A DNA stretch of 64,000 nucleotides from an uncultured Bacteroidota bacterium (GCA_902619855.1 CACNGE010000004.1:4032-68031), one strand, 5' to 3'. Positions 41,286 to 50,000 are shown, counted from the stretch's first letter. Notes: a model not told the origin generated them from the sequence alone. Translations and numbers: made by a program.

Positions 41286-41963
41286 TTATTTTCGAGCGCT
41301 TTTTGAATTAGAACTACGCTTTTTGTATGCCTTTAGCACACTTGCTCGCCCTATGGTTGAGGTAATGATATCTTTGGACAAGTCCCAACCTCTAGCTGGA
41401 CAGTACTCACGTCCATACCAAATGATTTGAAGATGGAGGTCATTCCATCGTTCTTTTGGGAACAGTCGTTTGGCGTCTTTTTCGCTTTGCGTTACATTTT
41501 TTCCAGTGCTCAACCCCCATCGGTACAAGAGCCGATGAATGTGGGTATCAACAGGGAAAGCAGGTACCCCAAAGGCTTGCGACATCACCACGCTAGCAGT
41601 CTTATGGCCAACTGCCGGAAATGACTCCAAAACTTCAAAATCGGCAGGCACAACCCCTTCATATTTCTCAATCAGTATTTCTGATAGCCCATGGATTCCT
41701 TTGGCTTTTTGGGGTGATAAACCAACAGGCTTGATGATGTTTCGGATTTCATCAACAGACAACTTGACCATATCATAGGGGTTGTCTGCTTTTGCAAAGA
41801 GGTAAGGGGTTGTCAGGTTGACGCGTACATCGGTACTTTGTGCTGACAGAAGCACTGCAATCAGCAAGGTATATGGGTCTTTGTGATCGAGAGGAATAGG
41901 ACTTTCTGGGTATAATTCATCTAGTGTTTTTATCACAAATACAACCTTCTCTGCTTTGTTCAT
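41286..41963 (-). CDS. nth: Endonuclease III family HhH-GPD DNA glycosylase; atypical, lacking the [4Fe-4S] cysteine cluster
   Basis: 225 aa with HhH-GPD motifs, including catalytic Lys (VGHKTASVV) and Asp (VDTHIHRL). The C-terminus has only one Cys (YGREYCPARGWDL...). Confidence 0.8.
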   Translation of the reverse strand: MNKAEKVVFVIKTLDELYPESPIPLDHKDPYTLLIAVLLSAQSTDVRVNLTTPYLFAKADNPYDMVKLSVDEIRNIIKPVGLSPQKAKGIHGLSEILIEKYEGVVPADFEVLESFPAVGHKTASVVMSQAFGVPAFPVDTHIHRLLYRWGLSTGKNVTQSEKDAKRLFPKERWNDLHLQIIWYGREYCPARGWDLSKDIITSTIGRASVLKAYKKRSSNSKSARK

Positions 41964-42001
41964 AATTTGTATTTTTACAAAACTAATCTAAAAATATTGC
42001 A

Positions 42002-42451
42002 ATGTTACAAGTTGGTATGAAAGCTCCTGATTTTTCTGTTCAGGACCACGACGGAAATACAGTTTCACTCTCTGATTATGCAGGAAAAAAAGTGGTTATT
42101 TTCTTTTATCCAAAGGCCAATACCCCTGGTTGTACTCTCGAAGCATGTGATTTACGAGATCATTATTCGGAGTTGACAAAGGCTGGTTATTCGATCCTTG
42201 GTGTGAGTGCTGATAGAGTTACAGTACAGGCAAAATTCGCAATGAAATTCTCATTTCCATATCCTCTTTTGGCAGATGTTGACAAGGAGTTGATCAATGG
42301 GTTTGGCGTTTGGGGGCCTAAAAAATTTCGTGGAAAAGAATATGAAGGCATCCTTCGAACAACCTTTATTTTGGATGAGCAAGGCGCGATTGAACGTGTG
42401 ATTGACAAAGTCAAAACAAAAGAACACGCTGCTCAGATATTAGAGGGTTAG
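42002..42451 (+). CDS. bcp: Thioredoxin-dependent thiol peroxidase (peroxiredoxin Bcp)
   Basis: 149 aa with the FYPKANTPGCTLEAC active-site motif. Confidence 0.9.
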   Translation: MLQVGMKAPDFSVQDHDGNTVSLSDYAGKKVVIFFYPKANTPGCTLEACDLRDHYSELTKAGYSILGVSADRVTVQAKFAMKFSFPYPLLADVDKELINGFGVWGPKKFRGKEYEGILRTTFILDEQGAIERVIDKVKTKEHAAQILEG

Positions 42452-42467
42452 CGCAGAGTTTTGAAGG

Positions 42468-43901
42468 CTATTCTTGGTAGCCAAACAGTTGTTTCTCAAT
42501 TATGAGTTCTGTGGCTTTTTTTGGCAACATTGTTTCCCAGCCTTGTTTTCCTTCGTTGATAAGTGAAAGCACTTCTCTCGAATAGATGTTGAGATAGTCT
42601 TTATTGTAATCCGTGATATCAACTACTTTCTTGTTGTAGGCAAAGAATTTATAGAGTTCTTTCACTTGCGCAGACACACGCAAATTGGTACTGTTAACGA
42701 TCTTACCTGTTTTTTCATCAATCATGGGGTAGAGGTAAACCAACATGTTTTTAAAAAACAATTTTCCAAAGGCTTCCAATATCCCTCCACTGAGATTTCG
42801 ATAGTATTTTTCATCAAAAATCTCAATCAGATTACTCACGCCCATACTCAATCTTATTTTTTTGGTGGTGTAATTTGAAAAATACTCCACGAGGCGATAG
42901 TACTCTTTAAAATTGGAAATCATCACTGTTTGCCCCATCGCGCAAAGCAGTTTGGCGCGATCCATAAAGTCTTGTTCGTCGATAAAGCCAGTGCTATTTG
43001 CCATCAAATTGGAGAGGGTAATTTCGAAGATATTCATCGTATTTTTCTCGTTTACATCTTTGTCTTTGTAGAACATCCCTGAGGAGCTTGTAAACATATC
43101 CATATTGACATTTGTCACAGGGCGAAAGCTACCTCTAATGGCGAGGATATTCTTTTTGTAAAGCACTCGAGCTGGGAGTAGATTGTTTCCATCAGGGCCA
43201 AACATGACTGCTTCAGTCATGCCATTTTTGACCAGTTCTAGACTCAGGATTCGATTATCGATATCCTTAAACAGTGGGCCTGTGAAATTTATGGTATCGA
43301 TTTCGATGGCAGTTTTGTCGATGTGATCGAAAAGATAACGCAGCATTTTGCGTGGGCGATCGTGCTGATAGAATGCGCCATAGATAAGATTAACACCAAC
43401 AACCCCAACTGACTCTTGCTGAGAACGCGCATCGATTTCGTGAAAGCGTAAGTGGGTGCTGATCATGGAGTATGGGCCATTGGGTTCTGTTTGGAACTTG
43501 ATCCCCATCCAGCCATGGCCTTTAAACTTTTTGGCAAAATCGATTGTTGTTACTGTATTGGCATAGGTAAAAAATATCTTCTTTGATCGATCTTCCTTGG
43601 AAATTCTTTTTTCGAGGTGTTTGATTTCCAGGTCTAGCATTTTATTAAGTCGCTCTTCTGAAACATAGCTTTTTCCTTTGCCATAAATGGCATCGCTAAA
43701 GTTTTTGTCATAGGCACTCATTGTTTTGGCAATGGTACCTGATGCTCCACCACAGCGAAAGAAATGACGAACCACTTCTTGTCCAGCACCAATCTCTGCA
43801 AAAGTACCGTAGATATTTTCATTTAGGTTGATGCGTAATGCCTTTGCCTCGAGAGAGGGCGTGTTTTCGAAAGGTTGATCGCCGCGTAGCGAAACAGGCA
43901 T
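42468..43901 (-). CDS. Conserved hypothetical protein (477 aa)
   Basis: No signal peptide or TM segment and no catalytic motif recognised. The C-terminal ~40 aa (IYSREVLSLINEGKQGWETMLPKKATELIIEKQLFGY) resemble the C-terminal ISSTxIR...LP..V..YI....LY tail of NadD-type nucleotidyltransferases. Confidence 0.5.
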   Translation of the reverse strand: MPVSLRGDQPFENTPSLEAKALRINLNENIYGTFAEIGAGQEVVRHFFRCGGASGTIAKTMSAYDKNFSDAIYGKGKSYVSEERLNKMLDLEIKHLEKRISKEDRSKKIFFTYANTVTTIDFAKKFKGHGWMGIKFQTEPNGPYSMISTHLRFHEIDARSQQESVGVVGVNLIYGAFYQHDRPRKMLRYLFDHIDKTAIEIDTINFTGPLFKDIDNRILSLELVKNGMTEAVMFGPDGNNLLPARVLYKKNILAIRGSFRPVTNVNMDMFTSSSGMFYKDKDVNEKNTMNIFEITLSNLMANSTGFIDEQDFMDRAKLLCAMGQTVMISNFKEYYRLVEYFSNYTTKKIRLSMGVSNLIEIFDEKYYRNLSGGILEAFGKLFFKNMLVYLYPMIDEKTGKIVNSTNLRVSAQVKELYKFFAYNKKVVDITDYNKDYLNIYSREVLSLINEGKQGWETMLPKKATELIIEKQLFGYQE

Positions 43902-43965
43902 AAATAGTGGTTTTTACAAAGGTAAAAAAGTAAGTTTGAATTGATATCTTTACATAAAACTTTTT

Positions 43966-44730
43966 TTGAAGATTACTTTCCTCGGCACTGGCACTTCACA
44001 AGGTATCCCTATCATTGGTAGTGACCACCCTGTTTGCCACAGTGATGATCTTCGTGACAAACGCCTTCGCACTTCTGCTCTGGTCCAATGGGACAACTAT
44101 TCGATTGTGATTGACTCTGGGCCTGATTTTCGACAGCAAATGCTGCACAACAGCATCAATCGACTTGATGCCATACTGTTTACACACGAGCATGCTGATC
44201 ACACTGCTGGCCTCGACGATATACGACCTTTTTTCTTTAGGCAAGGCGACATCCCCATTTATGCTTTGGATCGAGTGATTGACAACCTTACCCAACGATT
44301 TGGGTATATTTTGAACAGTGCTGACAAATATCCCGGTGCACCTACTGTACAGGTTCATTCAATTGATCCAACAACCACATTTGAGCTCTGCCAACAAAGT
44401 ATTGTCCCTGTGGTGGGGAAGCATCATCACTTGACTGTTTTGGGGTATCGTTTGGGGTCTTTTGCGTATTTGACGGATATTAAAACTATTGCTGATGACG
44501 AGCGCCAAAAACTCGATGGACTTGATGTATTGGTGCTCAACGCCTTGCGAGAAGAACCACATCACTCGCATCTCAACTTGGCAGAGGCCATTGACTTGGC
44601 GCAGCAAATCGGTGCCAAAAACACCTATTTCACACACATCAGTCATCACTTAGGATTTCATGCAGAAGTGCAGCAAAAACTTCCGAAAAGCGTACATTTG
44701 GCATACGATAATCTCTCAATCACCATCTGA
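43966..44730 (+). CDS. MBL-fold metallo-hydrolase (PhnP/GPMB-like)
   Basis: 254 aa with a TTG start and the HEHADH metal-binding motif. Confidence 0.8.
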   Translation: MKITFLGTGTSQGIPIIGSDHPVCHSDDLRDKRLRTSALVQWDNYSIVIDSGPDFRQQMLHNSINRLDAILFTHEHADHTAGLDDIRPFFFRQGDIPIYALDRVIDNLTQRFGYILNSADKYPGAPTVQVHSIDPTTTFELCQQSIVPVVGKHHHLTVLGYRLGSFAYLTDIKTIADDERQKLDGLDVLVLNALREEPHHSHLNLAEAIDLAQQIGAKNTYFTHISHHLGFHAEVQQKLPKSVHLAYDNLSITI

Positions 44731-45209
44731 TGCGAAATAAAATCATCCAATACCTTCTGATATTTATTTCATTGATTGCCTTGTATTTATTTGTTAGTGA
44801 TTTGAACAAGACAGAGGCCTTTGTAGCCAGTCAAGAAAGGATGACAAATCGTATGGAAAAACTTAAGGATTCTATTGCGCAGCTCGTCACAGATCAGACC
44901 GAACATGCTTATTTTTCGTTGGCACTTAATCGAGATGCACAATTATCGTATCCAAATCTAAGTCCCGATGATTTGCGATTTCTACTAGAGGCCTATTTGC
45001 TCGAACAAAACGATGCACCCAATGGCAACCCTTTACTTTCCTCTATTGGAAAGGGTTGGATCGTCAATAAAATCAGCATCGTAAACCATAAGTGGTTATT
45101 GGCAGATTTTACCAATGGAAGTCAGTGGGGTGATGCCCTTTTTCAATATCAAGTCAACAACAACAAACAAGCACGTTTGCGATTGCTCAATCATGTGATG
45201 TATCCTTAG
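44730..45209 (+). CDS. Hypothetical membrane-anchored protein
   Basis: 159 aa with one N-terminal TM segment (IIQYLLIFISLIALYLFV). Its start overlaps the upstream stop by 1 nt (TGATG). Confidence 0.5.
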   Translation: MRNKIIQYLLIFISLIALYLFVSDLNKTEAFVASQERMTNRMEKLKDSIAQLVTDQTEHAYFSLALNRDAQLSYPNLSPDDLRFLLEAYLLEQNDAPNGNPLLSSIGKGWIVNKISIVNHKWLLADFTNGSQWGDALFQYQVNNNKQARLRLLNHVMYP

Positions 45210-45234
45210 CGATTTATTGATGGCAATAAATCGC
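45209..45234 (+). terminator. Perfect 11-bp stem hairpin immediately after the stop codon (putative terminator)
   Basis: GCGATTTATTG-atgg-CAATAAATCGC at 45209-45234. The stem starts at the last base of the TAG stop. No T-tract follows, so intrinsic terminator function is uncertain. Confidence 0.4.
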
Positions 45235-45248
45235 CTCACGATTTCGTA

Positions 45249-45256
45249 TATATTTG
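45249..45256 (+). promoter_or_regulatory. Candidate Bacteroidota -7 promoter box (TAnnTTTG)
   Basis: TATATTTG at 45249-45256, 22 nt upstream of the ATG at 45278 of an unlisted 53-codon ORF. Confidence 0.3.
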
Positions 45257-45277
45257 TAGTCATTAAACCCCAATTTT

Positions 45278-45698
45278 ATGAACAACCCTACTTCTACTGT
45301 TAGCATTTTCTTTTCTAATCTTTTTTTTGGATGTTTTGAAAATATAATCGATCGATATGAAATTCAGATTTCCGCCGAATCGCAGGGTTCTGCTAGCATA
45401 TTGCCTGAAATATATGGACCACTGTACCCTGTTTGGTAGTCTTGCGATTCAAACCTCGTCGGTAGAAGGGTCTTTATTATTGAGGACTGTAATGTTTGCT
45501 TATACATTAGATGGGGATATTTTGACTGAAATTGGTTGTGATTTTCCAGATACAAGTGAGTTTAGAAGAATTTTATTGACTGATCAAGAACTAGGCAAAG
45601 AAGTCTTTACCATGGTGGTCGAACTGTATGACCAATCGGGAATTGATTATGGTACTATAGATAGCTTTAACATCTGCGCCTATGATCTAGTCGCTTAG
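45278..45698 (+). pseudogene. Small putative lipoprotein gene, either frameshifted or two short ORFs (45278-45439 and 45357/45492-45698)
   Basis: Hand translation from ATG 45278 gives MNNPTSTVSIFFSNLFFGCFENIIDRYEIQISAESQGSASILPEIYGPLYPVW* (lipobox-like FFGC). The ORF-track ORF 45357-45698 is in the +1 frame, overlaps it, and has a protein-like C-terminal part (MFAYTLDGDILTEIGCDFPDTSEFRRILLTDQELGKEVF...). Confidence 0.3.
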
Positions 45699-45972
45699 AG
45701 GTTTCAAAAACAACCAAACCCCTGTTGTCGTATTACAACAATCCTGTTGGCAATCGCTTGGCCGTTTAAAGACCTTATCACATACAGTCATTCTCGGTCT
45801 TTGACATCTGTGGGCGTGAAGTACTGTCGCAAACACCCAACAAAAAACAACTCATTGTCGATACCTACAGTCTTGCGCCAGCTGTGTATTTGCTGTGTGT
45901 ACAAACAGCCAATGGCACCCAAACAGTGCAGTTGGTAAAGGAATAACAGTGACATTCCTATTAGATTTAGGG

Positions 45973-46635
45973 CTACGAAATGCGTTGCCGAGCAATCAGA
46001 AGCGCATTTTGCCACGCCAAAAGTTGGTAAAAACCATCTTCGCTAACAGTATGTCCCACTGGAAAGTGATCAAACTGTATGTCAAACCCTTTTTGTTTGA
46101 GTTGCATTGCTGATTGCTGTCCCCAGTCAAAAGGCACAACCTCATCGAGAGTGCCATGCGAAGCGTAAAGCGCAGGCGCTTCTTCTGGTTTGGGGAGTTT
46201 TGAGATATTCTCATTCAGATAACCACTCAAAGCAATCACACTGGCAAAACGCTGGGGATAGCTTAGCCCAAGTGCATAGCTTAAAATAGCACCTTGACTA
46301 AACCCCAACAGATGCACTTTTGATAGGTCATAGGAATGTGTTTGTTGCAGTTCGTCCAAAAACTGCAGCACCAACTCACGAGAGGCAATGGCTTCTTCAT
46401 CGTCAGACCATTTACCCTGTTCAGCGTCAAAATGGATGCTATACCATGCAAATCCCATCATCGGCAAGGCATGTGGTGCACGCAACGAAACAACCAACAA
46501 ACTGGGATGTAGATGATCAGCAAAATAAAACAAGTCGTTTTCATTACTGCCATAGCCATGCAATAACAACAGCAAAGGTGGTTTGTCTTGCGTACTGTTT
46601 TTGGGTTGGCGAACGATATAGTCAAGTACAGCCAA
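45973..46635 (-). CDS. Phospholipase/carboxylesterase family alpha/beta hydrolase
   Basis: 220 aa with LLLLLHGYGSNENDL and the nucleophile elbow GFSQGA. Confidence 0.8.
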   Translation of the reverse strand: MAVLDYIVRQPKNSTQDKPPLLLLLHGYGSNENDLFYFADHLHPSLLVVSLRAPHALPMMGFAWYSIHFDAEQGKWSDDEEAIASRELVLQFLDELQQTHSYDLSKVHLLGFSQGAILSYALGLSYPQRFASVIALSGYLNENISKLPKPEEAPALYASHGTLDEVVPFDWGQQSAMQLKQKGFDIQFDHFPVGHTVSEDGFYQLLAWQNALLIARQRIS

Positions 46636-47892
46636 TCAAAGTTGATTTTGAAAGTGGAGGTTGTTATGGATCACCCCTAAGACAGTTCCCTTCATTTCTT
46701 TACCCAAATAGGCACTGTTTTTCACACTCGATTGGATCGATTCCTTAGTAACCGTTGATGTTCCGTCAGGGCTAAAGAGGGTCATATCTGCTTGTTCGCC
46801 AACAGCAATTGATGCCTTTGCGATGCCAAATCGCTCTTTTCCTTGGTTGAGCATCAGGGCAGCGTCTTCTGCGCCAAACAATTGACATAAGCTACCAAAA
46901 GCAGTTTCAAGTCCTAGACTTCCATAGGCAGCATTTTCGAACTCTACTTTTTTATGCTCAATATTCATGGGTTGGTGATCGGAGGTCACCATATCGATCG
47001 TGCCATCTTTTAGACCTTTTAGGAGTGCTTTTTGGTCTTTGCTCTCTCTTAATGGCGGCATTAGCTTAAAGCGTGTGTCAAAGCCACCGAGCTCATCATC
47101 TGTCATTATAAGATTGTGAATGGCAACACTGCAACTCACATCGATTTTCTCTTTTTTGGCTTGCCGAATCAACGCCACACCCTCTGCAGTCGAAAGAGTT
47201 GGGATATGCAAGCGACCACCAGTATAGCTTACAATCGCCAAGTCTCTTTTGATGCGAATTTCTTCAGCGAGGTTGGGAATCCCTGTCAATCCAAGCGAAG
47301 TGCTCATATTTCCTTCGTGCATCACCCCATGCGCAGCCAGTTGAGGATCTAAGGGAAAGGACTCCACCAAAGCTACAAATCCACGTGCATATTGCAAGGC
47401 AAGAAGGAGCAAGTGTGGGTTGTCAATTGATTTCTTATGATTGCTAAAGCTTACAGCACCAGCAGCTGATAAGTCGTGCAATTCAGCGAGTTGTTGTGCG
47501 TTGTCTTGCACTGTGATATGTGCTTTGGGATGTAGGCTTGTGGGGGTGTCGGCAGCACTTCTCAGCAAAAAAGATATATCTGCCTTGGAGATGGGAAGGG
47601 GGTTGCTATTGGTATTGTAGCCAATGTGCGTAAAGCCAGAGGCAGCAGCGACTTGTAGTCCATGGGATAAGGTTTCTCGTTCCTCATAACCAGGTTCACC
47701 AAAGGAGACACTGCTGTCAAACCACCCAGGCGAAACACAGAGGTTTTGATGTGAGATGATTGTTGCTTTGGGAGTACTGATATCCTTACCGATATTGTCA
47801 ATGATACCTTTGCGAATGAGAATATCGAGGGTATTGCCGTGAAAGCTGCTTGTAGGATCGATAATTTTTGCGGACTTCAGAAGTATATTCAT
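46636..47892 (-). CDS. Dihydroorotase-like amidohydrolase, probably non-catalytic (HxH ligands replaced)
   Basis: 418 aa with an amidohydrolase fold (GWFDSSVSFGEPG aligns with D-H-V-H-x-R-E-P-G; later TSDHQP). The first metal-binding HxH is SxS (codons at 47704-47718, hand-checked). Confidence 0.7.
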   Translation of the reverse strand: MNILLKSAKIIDPTSSFHGNTLDILIRKGIIDNIGKDISTPKATIISHQNLCVSPGWFDSSVSFGEPGYEERETLSHGLQVAAASGFTHIGYNTNSNPLPISKADISFLLRSAADTPTSLHPKAHITVQDNAQQLAELHDLSAAGAVSFSNHKKSIDNPHLLLLALQYARGFVALVESFPLDPQLAAHGVMHEGNMSTSLGLTGIPNLAEEIRIKRDLAIVSYTGGRLHIPTLSTAEGVALIRQAKKEKIDVSCSVAIHNLIMTDDELGGFDTRFKLMPPLRESKDQKALLKGLKDGTIDMVTSDHQPMNIEHKKVEFENAAYGSLGLETAFGSLCQLFGAEDAALMLNQGKERFGIAKASIAVGEQADMTLFSPDGTSTVTKESIQSSVKNSAYLGKEMKGTVLGVIHNNLHFQNQL

Positions 47893-47952
47893 CCAAAAAT
47901 TTCGATAAAGGATTAAAATTGTTGCAAAGATAGAAAACCTAAACGAAAGAGG

Positions 47953-48723
47953 CTAAAACTTTTCAAAAACTCCCAATCCAAAGAGAGCAAAATCATATTT
48001 AACAGGGTCTTTTGGATCAAGAATTCGCAATTGTTCATCGAGTTCTCTCACTGCTTTTTGATCGTTTTGTTTGATCTTGAGCAACCCCAATTTCCGAGCG
48101 ATATTCCCTGTGTGTATGTCCAAAGGGCACGATAATTTTGAGCTTGGGATGTCGGTCCATAAACCAAAATCAACACCGTTGTTGTCTTGTCTTACCATCC
48201 ATCGTAAAAACATATGAATTCTTTTGGCAGCAGAACCCTTGGCTGGGTTGGCGATGTGCTTTGTGGTTCGTTTGGGGTGATTGATTTCAAAAAAAAGACT
48301 TCTGAACCGCCCGATGGCATCATCCATAAATGCTTCGTTTGCTTTTGGGCGCAGGGCTTCATGCAGCCCGCCATGGTGTTTGTATAGATGCTGTAAGGCC
48401 TGTAAACAATAGCGCAAGTCGATGATATTAAAGGTGCGATGCACAAAGTGATCGATGGCATCCCAATCGGCAGCAGTCGAATTGAGGATATAATCATGGG
48501 GTTGATTGCCGAGAATATCCATAATGATGGACGCGCTCTTTATGATGCTTGCTCGGTTGCCCCAAGCAATTATGGCAGAAAGAAATCCAGAAATTTCGAT
48601 GTCTTCTTTGTTGTTAAACTGTTTGGGAATCTGTATGGGGTCGGAAGCAATAAAATCAGGATGGTTGTACTGTTGGGACTTCTCATTGAGAAAGTCGCGC
48701 AACGCATCAGTGCTCAATTCCAT
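47953..48723 (-). CDS. TIGR02757/DUF2400 family protein
   Basis: 256 aa with DPIQIP....ISGFLSAIIAWGNR and PLDIHTGNIARKLGLL, as I recall for this family. Confidence 0.6.
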   Translation of the reverse strand: MELSTDALRDFLNEKSQQYNHPDFIASDPIQIPKQFNNKEDIEISGFLSAIIAWGNRASIIKSASIIMDILGNQPHDYILNSTAADWDAIDHFVHRTFNIIDLRYCLQALQHLYKHHGGLHEALRPKANEAFMDDAIGRFRSLFFEINHPKRTTKHIANPAKGSAAKRIHMFLRWMVRQDNNGVDFGLWTDIPSSKLSCPLDIHTGNIARKLGLLKIKQNDQKAVRELDEQLRILDPKDPVKYDFALFGLGVFEKF

Positions 48724-49373
48724 TGCCCATCGACGAGTTGCAGACTACGATCACCAAGCCCTGCAAGTTCTTTGTTATGCGTGACCAATACGATCGTTTG
48801 GTCGAAGTTGTCGCGAAGAGATAAAAATAACTCATGGAGCTGTGCTGCAGTTTTGCTGTCCAGATTTCCACTAGGTTCGTCAGCCAAGAGAAGTTTTGGC
48901 TTATTGATGAGTGCTCTGGCAACAGCGACACGCTGCTGTTCGCCACCAGATAACATGGCAGGTTTGTGATCTGCTCGATTGCTCAAACCCAAAAAAGAAA
49001 GCAATTCTATTCCTTCTTTTTGTGCTTTTTTCATCGGTGTTTTGGCAATCATGGCAGGGATACAAATATTTTCAATGGCACTGAATTCTGGCAGTAGTTG
49101 ATGCGATTGAAACACAAAGCCAAGCTGCTTGTTTCGAAACCTTGCTAGGGATTTTCCTTTGAGCGCAAACAGGTCAACTCCATCGATTTGCAATGCTGTA
49201 TTTGGCTGATGATCAGCGGTATCGAGTGTTCCCAAGATGTTGAGAAGGGTTGTTTTTCCTGCCCCCGAGGGACCAGTAATTGCTACAATTTCTTTCGCTT
49301 TGACTGCAAGGTCAACATTGTTGAGCACTTGTAAATTGCCGTATTTTTTGGATAGTTTTTTGGCTTGAATCAT
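48714..49373 (-). CDS. ABC transporter ATP-binding protein (LolD/FtsE-like)
   Basis: 219 aa with Walker A (GPSGAGKTT), the LSGGEQQRVAVARAL signature and Walker B (LLLADEP). Confidence 0.88.
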   Translation of the reverse strand: MIQAKKLSKKYGNLQVLNNVDLAVKAKEIVAITGPSGAGKTTLLNILGTLDTADHQPNTALQIDGVDLFALKGKSLARFRNKQLGFVFQSHQLLPEFSAIENICIPAMIAKTPMKKAQKEGIELLSFLGLSNRADHKPAMLSGGEQQRVAVARALINKPKLLLADEPSGNLDSKTAAQLHELFLSLRDNFDQTIVLVTHNKELAGLGDRSLQLVDGQWN

Positions 49374-49466
49374 CTGTTAAAATTACAAATTTGTTCTTTT
49401 AAATACATTGTTGTTACCGAAAAATCATTTTTTTTGTTTAAGTTTGTTGGAATATTGTTAAACAAA

Positions 49467-50000
49467 ATGATAGAAAAGGCAACCTTGGCAAGTGGATGCT
49501 TTTGGTGTACAGAGACCATTTTCAGCCGTGTGCGTGGTGTGGTTTCGGTCATGCCTGGCTATTCAGGTGGAACCATTAAAAACCCTACTTATCGAGAGGT
49601 TTGCAACGGGTCTACAGGTCATGCCGAGTGTGTTCAAATCGAGTATGATAATACACAGATTGACTTTCAAACTCTGTTAGAAGTTTTTTTCGACACCCAT
49701 GATCCCACCACGCTAAACAAACAAGGCGCTGATGTAGGTACGCAGTATCGCTCTTCAATTTTCTATCATAATGAACAACAGTTGGCTACTGCACAAGACA
49801 TAATAGCATCAAAAGTAAATGCTTTTGATGATCCAATTGTGACTGAGCTTACTCCCTTTAACGTTTTTTATAAAGCGGAGGTAGAACACCATGATTATTA
49901 CAATCTCAATATATCACAACCCTATTGTCGTGCGGTCATATCACCAAAGGTGAAAAAATTATTATCATCACATACTCAATTGCTTAAAGAAGAATTATGA
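49467..50000 (+). CDS. msrA: Peptide-methionine (S)-S-oxide reductase MsrA
   Basis: I chose the internal ATG at 49467 ([16 protein letters not shown]). The GCFWC active site is present. The ORF-track start at 49365 would overlap the divergent ABC gene. Confidence 0.9.
   Translation: MIEKATLASGCFWCTETIFSRVRGVVSVMPGYSGGTIKNPTYREVCNGSTGHAECVQIEYDNTQIDFQTLLEVFFDTHDPTTLNKQGADVGTQYRSSIFYHNEQQLATAQDIIASKVNAFDDPIVTELTPFNVFYKAEVEHHDYYNLNISQPYCRAVISPKVKKLLSSHTQLLKEEL

Noticed and set aside
45600-45640. TGGTGGTCGAAC on the + strand looked like the reverse complement of a tRNA or tmRNA 3' end (…GTTCGACCACCA).
   Set aside because: I could not build a T-arm or acceptor stem pairing around it, or any cloverleaf. 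I also saw no tmRNA or RNase P signature sequences in the 45.2-46.0 kb gap.
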